NCBI GenBank assembly: GCA_002245135.1
Contig: NGBS01000896.1
Span: 1-64,000 of the forward strand
Origin: Proteromonas lacertae
Taxonomy: Eukaryota
Direction: 5' to 3'
DNA length: 64,000 bases
Part shown: piece by piece, positions 26,337 to 39,628 of the stretch
Numbering within the stretch: the stretch's first letter is position 1
Layout of the letters: each line of letters begins with the position of its first letter
Notes under the pieces: model-generated
What the model saw: the letters and a program-made list of their open reading frames with translations, nothing else
What the model was told of the DNA's origin: nothing
Databases searched by the model: none
Program-made: the position numbers and the translations under genes

Positions 26337-29300
26337 CTAGTCTTTACTTGATTCTTATATGAAACACACTAATATATATATTCGTCAAACAGTAATTGAT
26401 TGGACATTATTATTATATCCTTATGATGATGTTCATTGTAGATATCGATGTATATTATGTTGTAATGATGATAATCCACAAGTTAGAGAAACGGCAAAGA
26501 AGTATATTATAATATATCTCTTTATTAATTTAGAGGTTTAAATGAGGAAGATTTTAGAAATTATACTCAAAACCATGATGATAATAATATTACACCTCCT
26601 GATTTCATTCATTTAATCGGAGAATATAATATTGATAATCAGATGAATCCTAATTCAATTATCACTATTATAAATGTATATTATTATTATATTATTATTA
26701 TTAGACTACTCCATATATAAGTGAAATCACAATAACATTAATCAATTTCACAATCAAATCACTTAAATACAATATCCAACATAATGATAAATACATAGAA
26801 ATATGTGAAGAATATGGTGCTTTTGATCAGTATTAATATATATTTATATTATTATTATAGATGGTGGAGATTGTTATTTATATTATTGAATCTTCCTGAA
26901 AAGACATATCAATCCAAAGAATTATATCTTTCAATTTTATCATCATTAAACATTTGTATTGAGTTGAAAATCAAAATATTCTATCGTTATATATCAATGT
27001 GCTTAAAATCATTTATTCTATTTTTAGTGAATGTTATACCCTCTGTTCGATTTGAAACAGCTAAATTGTTTAGATGTCTACCTTTGGAGATGGATAATGA
27101 AAGATTAGAAGACTGTTTGAAATCATTGATGATATGGAATACATCCAAAGTAGATGAATGTAATGGTTATATTTTAGGAATGAGTTATTTGATAGGAGGC
27201 TTGAGTGATGATCAATTTACATATTTTAATGAAATAGTGAAGACAATATGTGTAAATATATTCAATTTGCTATTTGATAGTTCTAATACCAGTAATACAT
27301 TTACACCAAGCTTACTTCAAGCTATTACAACAATATCAAAGAATCACTTGTTCACACTTCCAAATGAAGGTGAAATTACTAGAACTAAGTTATATTCAAA
27401 TCTCTACAAATTATTAAAAGATAAACCAAACAATGATATTATCAAATTGACAATTTCTTGTTTAGAAAGCTTGTCATATTATGAAACTGATGTTGAAAAT
27501 AGTAAAAATACATTTAATACTGTATTTTCATTGGTTGATGATTATGGAGAAGATATACAATACAATTTAGGTGAATCTTTATCAACCATTGCTGCAAAGA
27601 ATAATTTACAATTATATTTATACAATCAGATACTTGGATCATTATTGAAAAGTATAAAACCCCATGAAAGAAGAGCGTCTTCCATATTCTTATATTTCCT
27701 AATTAACGATAATATGAATAAAGAAATATTCCAAAATTATATATTTGAGTTACATACAGCCTTTACATCCTTACTAGGAGAGAAAAATCCAATTACGCAA
27801 GTATATATAGAATTATTGTAAATGTATTCGTTTCTAGGAATGTGCAAGCAAAGGTTTGACAATGATTTATAAATTAGCTTCACCAACTGAAAAGCCAATA
27901 ATATTAGGTAACCTGATTCATATGTTAACTACAGGTGTTCAAGTACCAGTTGAAGGTTGTAATATGGATATACCAAAGCTATCACAACGTATCTTCATTA
28001 ATCATTTGTAATTTTATAGAGGTTAATAAACAAACATATAATTCATATAATCAGTTATGTTCTGCTGTTGATGAATTAGGAAGCCCAGGGTTAATCTATT
28101 CATTCTTAGAAATTACTACACAAAATTCAATATCCAGACAAGCTGGTTCGACTCAAACATTACAATATCTATTACAAGTATATTTATATGAAGTAATATT
28201 ATTATATAATATTATTATAGGATAATAAAGATTTAGTAAATGAAGAAATTTCCAAGTTAATTCCTATATTATACCGTTATCAATATGATCCAAGTGTAAA
28301 GATACAAAATGCAATGGAAACACTATGGAATACAGTAATAAAAAACCCAAAGGAAACAATTCAGAAACATTTCAAACCAATCTGTGTAGAATTAGATAAA
28401 AGTCTACAACATTCTAATTGGAGGTATAGAGTAGCTTCCTGTTTAGGAATAATGGATATAATTCAAGGGAAATTGATAGATGATATTGAATTTATATTAC
28501 ATGATTTCTTATTGCATATAACTCGATGTATGGATGATGTTAAAGACGAAGGAAGAGATGCTGCTAATGCTGCTGTATATTTATATATTAATAATAATAT
28601 ATTTGAAATAGATTAAAAAAATAGAGTCGTTATGTGTTAGATTATGTGATAAAGATAGTACTCCTGTGAATGAAATACAAAGAGCAGTTGATATTGTATT
28701 ATTTATTATTATTATTATTATAGATTTTACCATTTATATTCAACGAAGGATTAAATAACAGTTGTAAAGAAGTTCAAATGTTTTGTTTGGAATTTATACC
28801 CAAAATACTCAAAGTATATATACAAATAATCATTATTGTTATTATTATAAATAGAACTGTGGTAATACAATAACAAAACACATCCCCAAAGTAGTAAGAA
28901 TCTGTTTAGAATCATTATCATCAATGGAATCAACTCTAACACAACATATTCAACAACATTCATCAGAATATGATATATCTCAAAGACAAGCTGAAGAATT
29001 AAGAATTAAACTGTCAAGAATATCTCCACTAGAAACTGCACTGGAAAAATGTTTACACTCAATTGATTTCACAATAATGAAAGAATTAGTAGATGAATTG
29101 ATAATAGTAATAAGATGTGGAGTTGGTTTACCTACTTTAGAAGGACTGTGTAGATTTATATCATCACTTTATATTGAATTACCTATCGATTTTCTTAAGC
29201 CTTATTCAAGCCAATTACTTCATTATATGAAAGTAAAAGTTTTATCAACTGATAGTGTTACATTAACCACTTGTTATTCAAGAGCATGTGCTTATATATG

Positions 29301-30577
29301 TAAAGGTGTGACTGATGCTGAATTAAGAGAGTATATTCGTTATATTTTGTCTAAAATGAATGAGAATGAGAATAGTATGAGTTATATATCAATATATTCT
29401 CTTTGCACGATATTATCAGGTAAAATTAAAGATTTTACATCAGAAGTATAGGGTGTTATATATATTTTTATTTTATAGATGATTCCATTTATATTTCTTG
29501 GCACTTATAATGATGATAAAGAGATTCAAGAACAATGGAATAAAGTATTATTATTATTATTAATGAAATAGATATGGAGTGAATTGTGTCCAAGTCCTCG
29601 TTATTCAATAAAAATATATTACAATGAAATTAAAACCCAATTATTAAATTCATATAAAAGTACTCAATGGAAATTGAAAGTAGAAGCATCCAAAGCATTA
29701 GAGTATTATATATTAATATTAATATATAATTTAGTGATATTATAAACATTTTACCAGAAAATATAAATGAAATAGAAACATCATTTTTAGATTCATTGTA
29801 TGAGTTATGTGTTGGTAGGTATTGGGATGGAGTTGATTCTATATTTTCAACAATTACAAAAATAATTTGTTGTTTTGTAAAAAGTAATAGTCAATCAGAG
29901 AATTATGAAGAATTATTTAATAGAATAATCAAATTATTAGTTGCAGAATATGAGAATAATGATTTATTGATATTGAATAAGAATAGTTATAAACAAATAT
30001 GTTTAAACAATATGGAACAGTTATTATTAGTAAATAAAAAGACAAAAGTATAATATAATTTATTTATTATTTATTAAAATAGATTAATTTATATCCATTA
30101 CTGTCACCAGTGTTGAACTTAGATATTAATCCAACAACTGAAGATGAAATTATTATTGTTAATTACAGTTGGAGATGTATAGGATATTCACTATTATATT
30201 CTGAGAATATACTTATGAATGTATTTATGAGATATTTGAATAGATTATTAGATAGTCTAAATACACATCCTTGGAAAGTAGTTGAATCTCAATTGGTGGT
30301 ATTAAAAGAATATATGGAAGTGAAAATCCCTAATTTATACAGTAATGAGTTGATAAATGATGTGATATTTAATAATATCAAAATATTGTTAGAAAAGTTT
30401 GGAAAATATCAAAATTTAACAATTAATTCATGGAAAGTGATAAATTCCATAGTTAATAATGATGAAGTAGTTAAACAGAAGAACTTATGGTTGGAATTGA
30501 TAAGCAATTACACTTCAACTACACCTGAAATTGACAGAATAATGGAAGGATGTAAAGTGAAATTAGAAAAATTATAA
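24858..30577 (+). CDS. ECM29: Proteasome adaptor ECM29 (HEAT repeats), many short introns
   Basis: KLIPILYRYQYDP...AMETLWN, WRYRVASCLG, RCMDDVKDEGRDAA, GVGLPT, HERRASSIFL. Confidence 0.9.
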
Positions 30578-30665
30578 AATTATAAAATTATTATTTTGTT
30601 TATGTGTTTGTGATTTACTTAATAAAGAGTTTTTAACATTTGAAATTAAAATAATAATTTTATAA

Positions 30666-31193
30666 TTAATTAATGTTGTATGGTATTTCATCATTTTCAT
30701 ATTTAATTTTGTATGACGGTGTGCATGGACTATAAATTGGTGATTTAGGTTGATAAATTGGAGTAATAGGGCTGTATATTGGTGATTTTGGTTTAGGAAT
30801 TGGACTTGTAGGACTATAAAGTGGTGAAGTAGATGGTTGAAATGTTTGCTTTCCTGTATTACATTGATAGAGACAAGATGCGTCAAAATCAACTATTTTG
30901 ATGTCTTTAGGTGACTTTTCAAATGTATTTAATTTATGTTTTTTTCTGCTATTATATTTATAGGATACATTCCTTAGATTCTTATATTTTTTGTTTAATG
31001 TAATTTTGTTATTCATTGTTGGTATAAATTTGTTATATTTTATGTAGGGAATTTGATCTATACCTTTTTTGTTATAAACAATGTAGTTGTTAACATTTAT
31101 TATAATTGAATGTTTTGCGAGGTTTCTGCTGTTTGAACTATGACAACAGATACATTTGGATTCGGATTCGGATTTGATTGATGAATGAGGCAT
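30666..31193 (-). CDS. Small basic protein (~175 aa) with five RNA Pol II CTD-like heptads near the C-terminus
   Basis: Uninterrupted ORF from ATG 31193; contains [35 protein letters not shown]. Confidence 0.65.
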   Translation of the reverse strand: MPHSSIKSESESKCICCHSSNSRNLAKHSIIINVNNYIVYNKKGIDQIPYIKYNKFIPTMNNKITLNKKYKNLRNVSYKYNSRKKHKLNTFEKSPKDIKIVDFDASCLYQCNTGKQTFQPSTSPLYSPTSPIPKPKSPIYSPITPIYQPKSPIYSPCTPSYKIKYENDEIPYNIN

Positions 31194-31327
31194 AGTATTA
31201 AAGATGATTAATCGAAATTTGTCAAAATACTTGCTTGAGATATTCAAACCTAAATATTTTAATACAAGTTAATACACATTAATACAAAATAATACAGTAT
31301 TTTTAGTTATAAAGAGAAATGAATGAA

Positions 31328-34300
31328 ATGGTAGAGATGATGAAACAAAAACAACCGAATCTAGAAGTATTTTATAGTGAATTCTAATATGATAATAGAT
31401 AGTGAAAGAAATGGTTGTGACAAAATCGAAGAAGATTTATGAAGTAAAGGTGTTGAATGAGAGAAAAATCATAAAAATATATGATTTGAGGAAGATTTCC
31501 ATGGAGAAGGTGTTGAAATGCACAGAAAATATGATGATATTAGATGGTTTAAGTGACAAATGCATGATAAGTAAAATGACAATATCAGATGATAATAAGT
31601 ATATGATTATAAAACGAATGAAATATGGTAGTGACTTAAAGTATTTGATATACAGTAATGAAAAAGAAATATCCGTTGAAAGAGTTATTCAATCAATACG
31701 TGATTATATAATGATGTTGAATGAGAATGATATATTGAATTTGAATTTGAAAAGTTCAAATGTAATAATGGATAATGGCAAAGTGAAGATATGTGATAGT
31801 TTTATAAATAATTTAATATGCGATGATGAAAAGAGAACAGAAATGAGTTGTTTAGATTATATAAGTTTGGAAGAATTGAATGGATTAGAATGTGATGAGA
31901 GAAGTGTAATTTGGTCAATTGGATGTATTTTATATGAAATGATTTATAAGAAATTACCATTTTCAGAAGTTAATAATATGATTAAAACAATAAATAATAT
32001 TATGAGATGTAAATGGAGAGTTGATCAATCCATCAATCCTTTCTATAATGATATTTTTACAAAAATATTTGTAAAAGAAAAGTCAAATCGATTGAGTATA
32101 AAAGAATTAATGAAAGAGATAATGAAAATGAGTGAGATATTGAGAGATAAAGACAACAGCTTAATGATATGTAATGAAAGAAAAGAAATCTCCGTCAACA
32201 ATGATGATATGATTGTTAGATTACCTATAATTTATCCATCTGAGTATTATCTGAAAAGTAGAAAATGGACAGAAATTCGAGATGATTTGATAGAATCATA
32301 CAGCAAGAAAGGTAATGAGAGAATACTGTCAATATTATTGTTGATGAAATTGTGCAGGAAAGATGATTCAATAAAATACAAACTTAAATTCCATTTTAAT
32401 CATAAATGTGAAAATAATAAAAGTAAATGTTATTTAGATGAAATGATATTTAATATTGCTACTGATGATAAATATAGATTTGCTATTAATGCAGAGTGTA
32501 GTTGTATATGTAAAGAAGGAATTGAATATTTATTCAGAATATTGAAATTTATCAATCCTACTAAACTCCTTTTCAGTATAATGTTAATAGCTTATATTTA
32601 TTTAGATTTAAAAATTCCATATGAACAACAGTCTTTATTTGGATCATTATACTATAATTTGTCAGATTTACAGGAATTAGATTTACATCAATTTAATCTT
32701 GCATATCGTTTCGTTCAATCACTTGTTAAATCAATGCCATTCATGAAATTAAAATATGTAGATCTAACAAGTATTTGTTATTCTTTTTTTGTTATTCTGA
32801 AATAGAAAATTCAGTTGGTCCAAAAGGTTTCAGATTGTTGCTTCCATATATATATATATTAATCAACAAGAACGAATTAAATCTTAGTAAAATGAACTTA
32901 AATGATGAATCAATGATATTATTATCAGAAGAATTATATAAATATCCAAATATTGAGAGAATTGATATTACAGAAAATGAAAATATTCATTCAAAAGGAT
33001 TAGAAGCTTTATTCTCCAAATTTCCTATTTCAAAAGTATCATTTGATTTTAATAGAAGTAAAGAATTGTGGATTAATAGAAATATTCCTATTGAATATAT
33101 CAATAAAAACAATGAATTATATCTGGGTAATTATGAGATTGATGATGATTTTTTCAAATCATTCATTTCATTAAGATTAAATGAATTGAGTGATATAAGA
33201 AAACTGGATTTAAGTAGTATAATTAGATATTCTTTTATAATATAGATAATAAACTTACACATGAAAGTATAAAAATACTGATCAACAATTTATCCTCATT
33301 TCCAAATCTTAAATATCTTAAGATAAATGGAAATGAAATAGGAGATGAAGGAATGAAACTTTTATCTCCATATTTATATTTATTGAATAGTAGTATGCAT
33401 TTAAATTGCAATAGTATAATGATTATTTTTATAATTTATAACAGAATTGGGAATATCTTCAGTTGGAATAAAATATTTAGTTGATAGTCAAAAAACTATT
33501 CATGAAAGGATATATTCTCTTGATGTAAGAAATAATAATATAGATTCAGAGGGAATAAAATATTTGATGAAATATCTTAAAGAAAATACCAATATTGAAC
33601 AGTTAGAAATTGACAGTATAAGTCACTTTACTATTTGGTATATAGATAATCCAATTGGTAATAATGGATTTAAAATATTAGCAGAGAATTTATAACTATT
33701 AGGTTCTACTGCAATGAATTTGAATAACACCTCCATAGATGATAAAAGCGCTATAATATTATCAAATAAAATTGACTCAATTAAAAAGTGTACAGTAATC
33801 GATCTATTTGGAAATAAAATAGGAACAAAAGGATTAAAATCAATTTGTTCAAAAACATTAGAAAGAAGAGGAAAGCCATATATCGAAATGGCATATTCAG
33901 CTTGGACAAATGAAGCAAAAAAATATTATTTTGATTATCTTAGTAAATTGAAAAGAGATGATATAAACTTATTTTTTGCTAGTATTAATTTATATTTCTA
34001 ATGAAATAGATTTAAATCTAAATGATTCTCATATCCCTTTGTTAAGCAATATAACATTTTTAAACATGGATTTATCAAATAATAAGATTACTTCAAAAGG
34101 ATTAAAAGAATTCATGAATCATTTGACACATAGAGTTTATGGCATTGATATATATAATAATCCAATTGGAGATGAAGGAGTAGAGATAATGTGTAAAAAT
34201 ATAAAAATATTCACTTATCCTTCACAGATAAATGTTTCAAGTATTTTAAGAATATTATGTAATTTTTATAATATGAATAGATATAGGAATGAGTAAAAAA

Positions 34301-34582
34301 GGATTTAAAATGTTAATAGAAAAATTAAAGAAAATTAGACAATTGATGTGTGTACGTTTATCAGGATATAAATTAAATGAAAGTGATTTAAGATTAATGA
34401 AAAATATTTATAATAAACTGAATAAATTGTATGAATTATCAATAACAGTGAAAGAAGATATTGATAGGTTTGAATTAGAATCATTTTTAGCAACATTTTC
34501 ATCAATTAAAACAATCAAGTTAGATGGAATATCAGAAGAAGAAAAGAAAGAATTATCAGAAGAATTCTTCAATATTAAATAA
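31328..34582 (+). CDS. Pseudokinase + LRR protein, multi-exon (one in-frame TAA at 33693-33695)
   Basis: Kinase fold with NLNLKSSN in place of HRDLKxxN, CDSF in place of DFG, and IWSIGCILYEM. Many LRRs (LDVRNNNID, IDLFGNKIG, MDLSNNKIT) separated by ~30-nt introns. Confidence 0.8.
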
Positions 34583-34694
34583 TTGACTATTATTATTATT
34601 GTTACTTTATAGTTTTGTATTGAACCTAAAACACACAAAAATATACAAATGAATTTTATAACAATAATAAAATAATAATAAAAGTCAGTTTCAT

Positions 34695-36574
34695 TTAGAT
34701 TCTTGTATCTGCTGCTGCTGCTGCTGCTGGTGTTGCTGATGCTGGAGGTGGAGCACTAGCATCAACTTGCATTAAATCATTAGACACTTCAATTTCGATT
34801 GGAATATTCAACTTTCTAAATGTCTCTAACCAATCTTGATAACTTTCATCTTTATCAAACTTGAAGTAATATCGACCAATAGTTGGTAAAAATCCCATTC
34901 TCTTTACTTTCTCTACAATCTGGAAACAGAAATCTCCATAACTCTTCATTCGAATCACTGTTGAACATGTCAAATCAATATCTGTTAATGGATTTAAACC
35001 ATTTAATTGAAAATATTTTTCTCCATTCATTTCACCATCACTAGGGAAACTCAGCATATGTCTATCTTGACTAATTACTACATGATCAATTTCCCAGTCA
35101 TTTGTATAATTCCATCTTGTCATTATACCATATTTAATCACCATTTCGTTCTTATTAGTAAATTTTGGACATTTACTGACACTTTCTTTGGTTAAAGCTT
35201 CTTTTTCTTTATCAGTCAATACTTTATCTTTTACTTCTTTCATTTCTTTTACTAATATTTTCATATCACTTCCTAAATCAACAGCTCCTAAATTATTAAT
35301 TACTGGATTCACCAATGGTGCACTTTCATCATATAAATTACGTACTAAATTGAAATATTCTTCTAAAACAGTTGTACAACTTTCTACTCTTCTTACTTCG
35401 ATTTTCTTTACTTTTTCAAACATATTTCCTAAATATTGAATCAATTCTCTTCTACAATCACTTTCATTATGTACAGCACATATATAACTTGCATATACTA
35501 AATAGAAGTCTTCTTTACTTTTACCATTCTTTGAAACACTCTTTATTGTTGATGCTAATGTTGCATCCATTTTATCAAACATTAGATATGTCTTTTTACC
35601 ACTTTCTTCATATTTATAAGCTAAATCGTCATAAGTTGCACTTAAATCTCTTATCATAAATCTTAAATCATCTACTACTGGCTGGATCTTAGTTGAAACA
35701 CTGGTCTTTAATGTTTCAACTAGTTTATCATATTTCTCCATTAATTCTTTGTTATAATCATGTAAACTAGTTAATACTGGTAAAAATGAATCATCTCTTT
35801 CTTTTTTGATTTCTTCTTCTTTTGGAGCTTCTTTAGCTGCTTCTCCTGTTGTTGCTGCTGGAACTGTTGTTTCTTCAGCTTTTGGTGGTTCTTCAGTCTT
35901 TGTTGTAGCTGCTTCTTTATTTTCTTCACCTTCTTTCACTGTTTCTAATGTTTTACCCTGTCTTTTAGCATTAGCTTCAGCTGCTTTCTGTGCTGCCTTC
36001 TTAGCGGCTTCTTTAGCTTTTTCATAAGCAATCTTTGATCCTTGTTCAATCTTATTCTTTGCAATATTTGCTGCTTTTCCAATAGCTGCTTTAGCTGCAT
36101 TGAATGTTTCATTTTCTAACTCATGCGGATGTTGAGATGGGAGTAACACAGCTTGTGAGATTTTATATGCATGACCTTCTCTCTTATAAAATTCAACCAT
36201 TTGATATAAATAGTTACCTACTCTTTCAATACCATTTAAACTGTTTTTTAAATAGTCATCAATCAATATCCACTTTTCTTCCATTAACTTACGACTAGCG
36301 AAATGACGATTGGTTCTTTCTTCTTCCTCATCCAATAGTTTCTTGAACAATTCCTTTTTCTTTGGTAAAACTAACTCTGGTTCAATTATATCTTGAGTTG
36401 GGTAAGAATGAAGATTAACTTGTTCTAAAATATATTAAATGAATTAATACGTTCAGCTTTTTCAGTAGTTTCTGGCTTTTTTTCAGTTGATTCTGGTTTT
36501 GAGTCAGAAGCAGCTGTTGCATCTACAAATTATACATATGCTAATATACTGCTTTCTTGTTCAGTTGATGACAT
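34695..36574 (-). CDS. Coiled-coil (BAR/F-BAR-like) protein with C-terminal PH domain
   Basis: Long helical region followed by IKYGIMTRW...W...HVVISQDRHMLSF...CFQI...YYFKFDKDESYQDWLETF (PH pattern). Two short 5' introns join ATG 36574 to the main exon. Confidence 0.65.
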
Positions 36575-36662
36575 TGTCTATTTCAATAAATATAATGATG
36601 ATTCAATACCACAACAAAAAGCAAAAACAAAGATCTTATGAAACGAATAAATATTTAAGAAC

Positions 36663-37928
36663 ATGTCAGAATTTTCATCTTTATTCGGGAAAGCATTGCT
36701 TGATAACAATTTTCAGCCAATTCCTATAAGTTGTTTATCTGGGAAGTATGTGGCCATCTATTTCTCGTATGATTTTAATCAGTTTATTTAATAATTTGTA
36801 GTGCTCACTGGTGTGGACCTTGTAGACAGTTTACACCTGTTTTAAAGGCTCTTTATAACAAATTACAAACATTAGGCAAGAATTTTGAAGTTGTTTTCTG
36901 TAGTAACGATAAAGACTCAGCTGGTTTCAAAGAATATTTTGGTACTATGCCCTGGAAAGCAATTCCATTTGAAAATCAATCCATTCGTACATATGTAAGT
37001 GATAAATTTGGAATTAACAGCATTCCTTCTATTATTATTTTAAATCCTGATGGTTCTGTGTTGAATGATGATGCGTATATATTTTATATTTATTAATTTT
37101 AGACGAATGCAAATTGAAAGTGATCCAGAAGGAAATCAATTCCCTTGGAAGAGCCCAACTATCTATGATATGATAGCAGGCCAATTACTTAGTAAATCAG
37201 GTGGAAATGTCGATGCTTTGAAATCAGTGAAAGGATCAATATTTGGATTATATTTCAGTGCTCATTGGTGTGGCCCATGCAGACAATTTACACCAAAATT
37301 AAGTGCAATCTATGAAAATTTGAAGAAAGAAGGTAAAAAGTTTGAAATAATCTTTACTTCATTTGATCATGATGGAGCAGGTTTTAATGAGTATTATTCT
37401 ACAATGCCATGGTTAGCTATACCATTTGGAGATTCTAGAATCAAATATTTATCTCAAAAATTCGATGTTGAAGGTATTCCAACATTACTCCTATTTAATG
37501 GAGATGGTGAGTTGATTAGTAAAAATGGAAGAATGTTAATGGAATCCAATCCCAATGGATATCCTTGGTCACCGAAAACAGTGGAAAGTTTATCAATTAA
37601 CCCAGAATTCATCAACTCAAACCCATGTATTGTACTATTCATAGAAAAAGGTGATAAATCAAAAATTGATATGCTAGAAAGTATAGGTAAAGAAATTAAG
37701 ACTAGAAATAGCAAGATTCATATTTATTATAGTGATGAGAAGGATGATATAAACTATCAGATTAAAGCCTTAACTAAGGTTGATACTGTTCCATGTGTCG
37801 TTTTAGTGGATATTCCTGATAATGGAGGTTATTATTTGATGAAAGGTGATATAAATGAGAAGAATATCATATCATTTGTTGATCAATATCAAAGTAAAAG
37901 TTTACAGAGATTGCAAATGAGTAGTTAG
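36663..37928 (+). CDS. Nucleoredoxin / tryparedoxin-like oxidoreductase
   Basis: Two YFSAHWCGPCRQFTP active sites (the first split by an intron), MPW.AIPF motifs, and a C-terminal thioredoxin-like domain. Confidence 0.92.
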
Positions 37929-38044
37929 AGTGTTTTTCTTAGTTTTTATCTTTTTCTAAATTGTTTTTTAAATTGAAATAAAACATTTTAAGATAGAAGA
38001 TTTTATTATACAGATTACTATTCAAATCCAATAATATTCAATTA

Positions 38045-38551
38045 TTATTCCTCTTTAAAATACTTTACTAAAGTTACTGGAGCATCATCCCAGCCAATAG
38101 CCACGAATGGATATACTGTTTTATATAAATTCTTAAATAATAACACTTCTTCACCATTTCCTTGCTTGATACTCATTGTTTTTTCATTCATATTAAATAT
38201 TATCTCATACTGTCCATTTTCTTCACCTTTAATATCTTTAAACTCACCATCCTTCTGTGGTTCAGCAGCTGTACCCCATAATTCAGATGAATAAGTACCA
38301 ATAAAGATACTGCATGATGACTTATCTTTATGTATATTATATCCATTATATTTCTCAATGGTTGTACATCCAAAGTAGAAGTTGTTTTTATACTTATGAA
38401 TCTCAAAGATGAAGTGATATATACCATTCATCATCTTTACATTCAGATAACAATGAGCTACACATTTGTCAAGGTTATTTTTTATTGTTAAACGATCTTC
38501 ACTGATCTCAATACTTGGATTTTTGTAATATTCCACAAATTTTGCACTCAT
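38045..38551 (-). CDS. Stand-alone SPRY/B30.2-like domain protein
   Basis: HCYLNVKMMNGIYHFIF...YEIIFNMNEKTMSIK...VYPFVAI; visibly homologous to the C-termini of the genes at 21238, 45912 and 55409. Confidence 0.75.
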   Translation of the reverse strand: MSAKFVEYYKNPSIEISEDRLTIKNNLDKCVAHCYLNVKMMNGIYHFIFEIHKYKNNFYFGCTTIEKYNGYNIHKDKSSCSIFIGTYSSELWGTAAEPQKDGEFKDIKGEENGQYEIIFNMNEKTMSIKQGNGEEVLLFKNLYKTVYPFVAIGWDDAPVTLVKYFKEE

Positions 38552-38778
38552 TTCACTCGTTTTTTTCTTCAAATAAAGATAAATACAAAAAAGATAAAAT
38601 AACGAATAAACGAGTCTATTTTTGAAACACATTCTTCAATTATTTTACATGCACTTATGAAACTATAATCATCAAGTTCAACATTTTCATTAGAATATAC
38701 ATATTAAAAAATGAAAATAAAAAAGATAAAGAAAATAACAAAATATCTTCTTTTTCTTCTTCCCTCTTTCTTTTTTTT

Positions 38779-39533
38779 TTAAACTAAAGTATTTACAGCT
38801 TGAATAAAAGCATCATACTTCTCACTATAACATTTAACCATCCATGTGAAAGGAGCTTCAACATTGGTTGGAACTGTAGCTGATGTTTCAAAGTATTCTA
38901 ATGCTAATTCTTGTGCATATTTCCTACCTTCTTCTTCTGTCACTATTCTTCTATCTTCATTTGTTAAATCAACTTTATTTGCTATTAATACACCTGCTAA
39001 ATTGGGTGAAACAGTTCTTACACGTTGAATCCATCTTGGAATTGATGTGAATGATTCACGATCTGATACATCATATACAGCTACCACCATATTAGCATTT
39101 GTCCACTATAAGTGATTATTAATAAAAATAATGAATATACATATTTTGTATTTCTTTCTAAAATGCCAAATACTGATGCACCAGCACTATCAAATATATA
39201 CATCTCTACTTTTTCACAAGTTCGAGATGCTGGTTTATTTGGTACATCAACAACTTTCATATTCAAATCAGTGTCAATTGTCTATATTTATTTTAAATAA
39301 TATTGAGAAATACCATAACATATTTTTTATTTTTATCAGCAGCATCCATATAAGCTTGTATAAGTGAAGTTTTGCCTGTATGTTGATCACCTATAATATA
39401 ATAACATAAAAACTCATAGAAATACCAACAACTACTACTTTACAACGAAGTAGGTTCTAAATTTAAAAATATCGATAGATTAAAATACTGTTGGATGATG
39501 TGCAGGTTCCATACTTATAACGCCAGTAGACAT
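38779..39533 (-). CDS. IFT27: Rab-like small GTPase IFT27/RABL4, multi-exon
   Basis: Spliced product: LRCKVVVVGDQHTGKTSL...KYVMT...VEMYIFDSAG...VYDVS...GVLIANKVDL...YFETSA...VEAPF. No C-terminal prenylation Cys. Confidence 0.8.
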
Positions 39534-39628
39534 TTTGTAAAATTCAATAAAAAAAGAGTTGATTTGAAAAACGTCAGACTCAAGCCTCAAACTGTCAATC
39601 CATTTCTCATTTAATTTTTTTTTGAGCT

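Noticed and set aside
33693..33695. Stop-codon reassignment (TAA as sense)
   Set aside because: TAA terminates many conserved genes here (VIP1, ECM29, GST, RPB1); one internal case is not enough.
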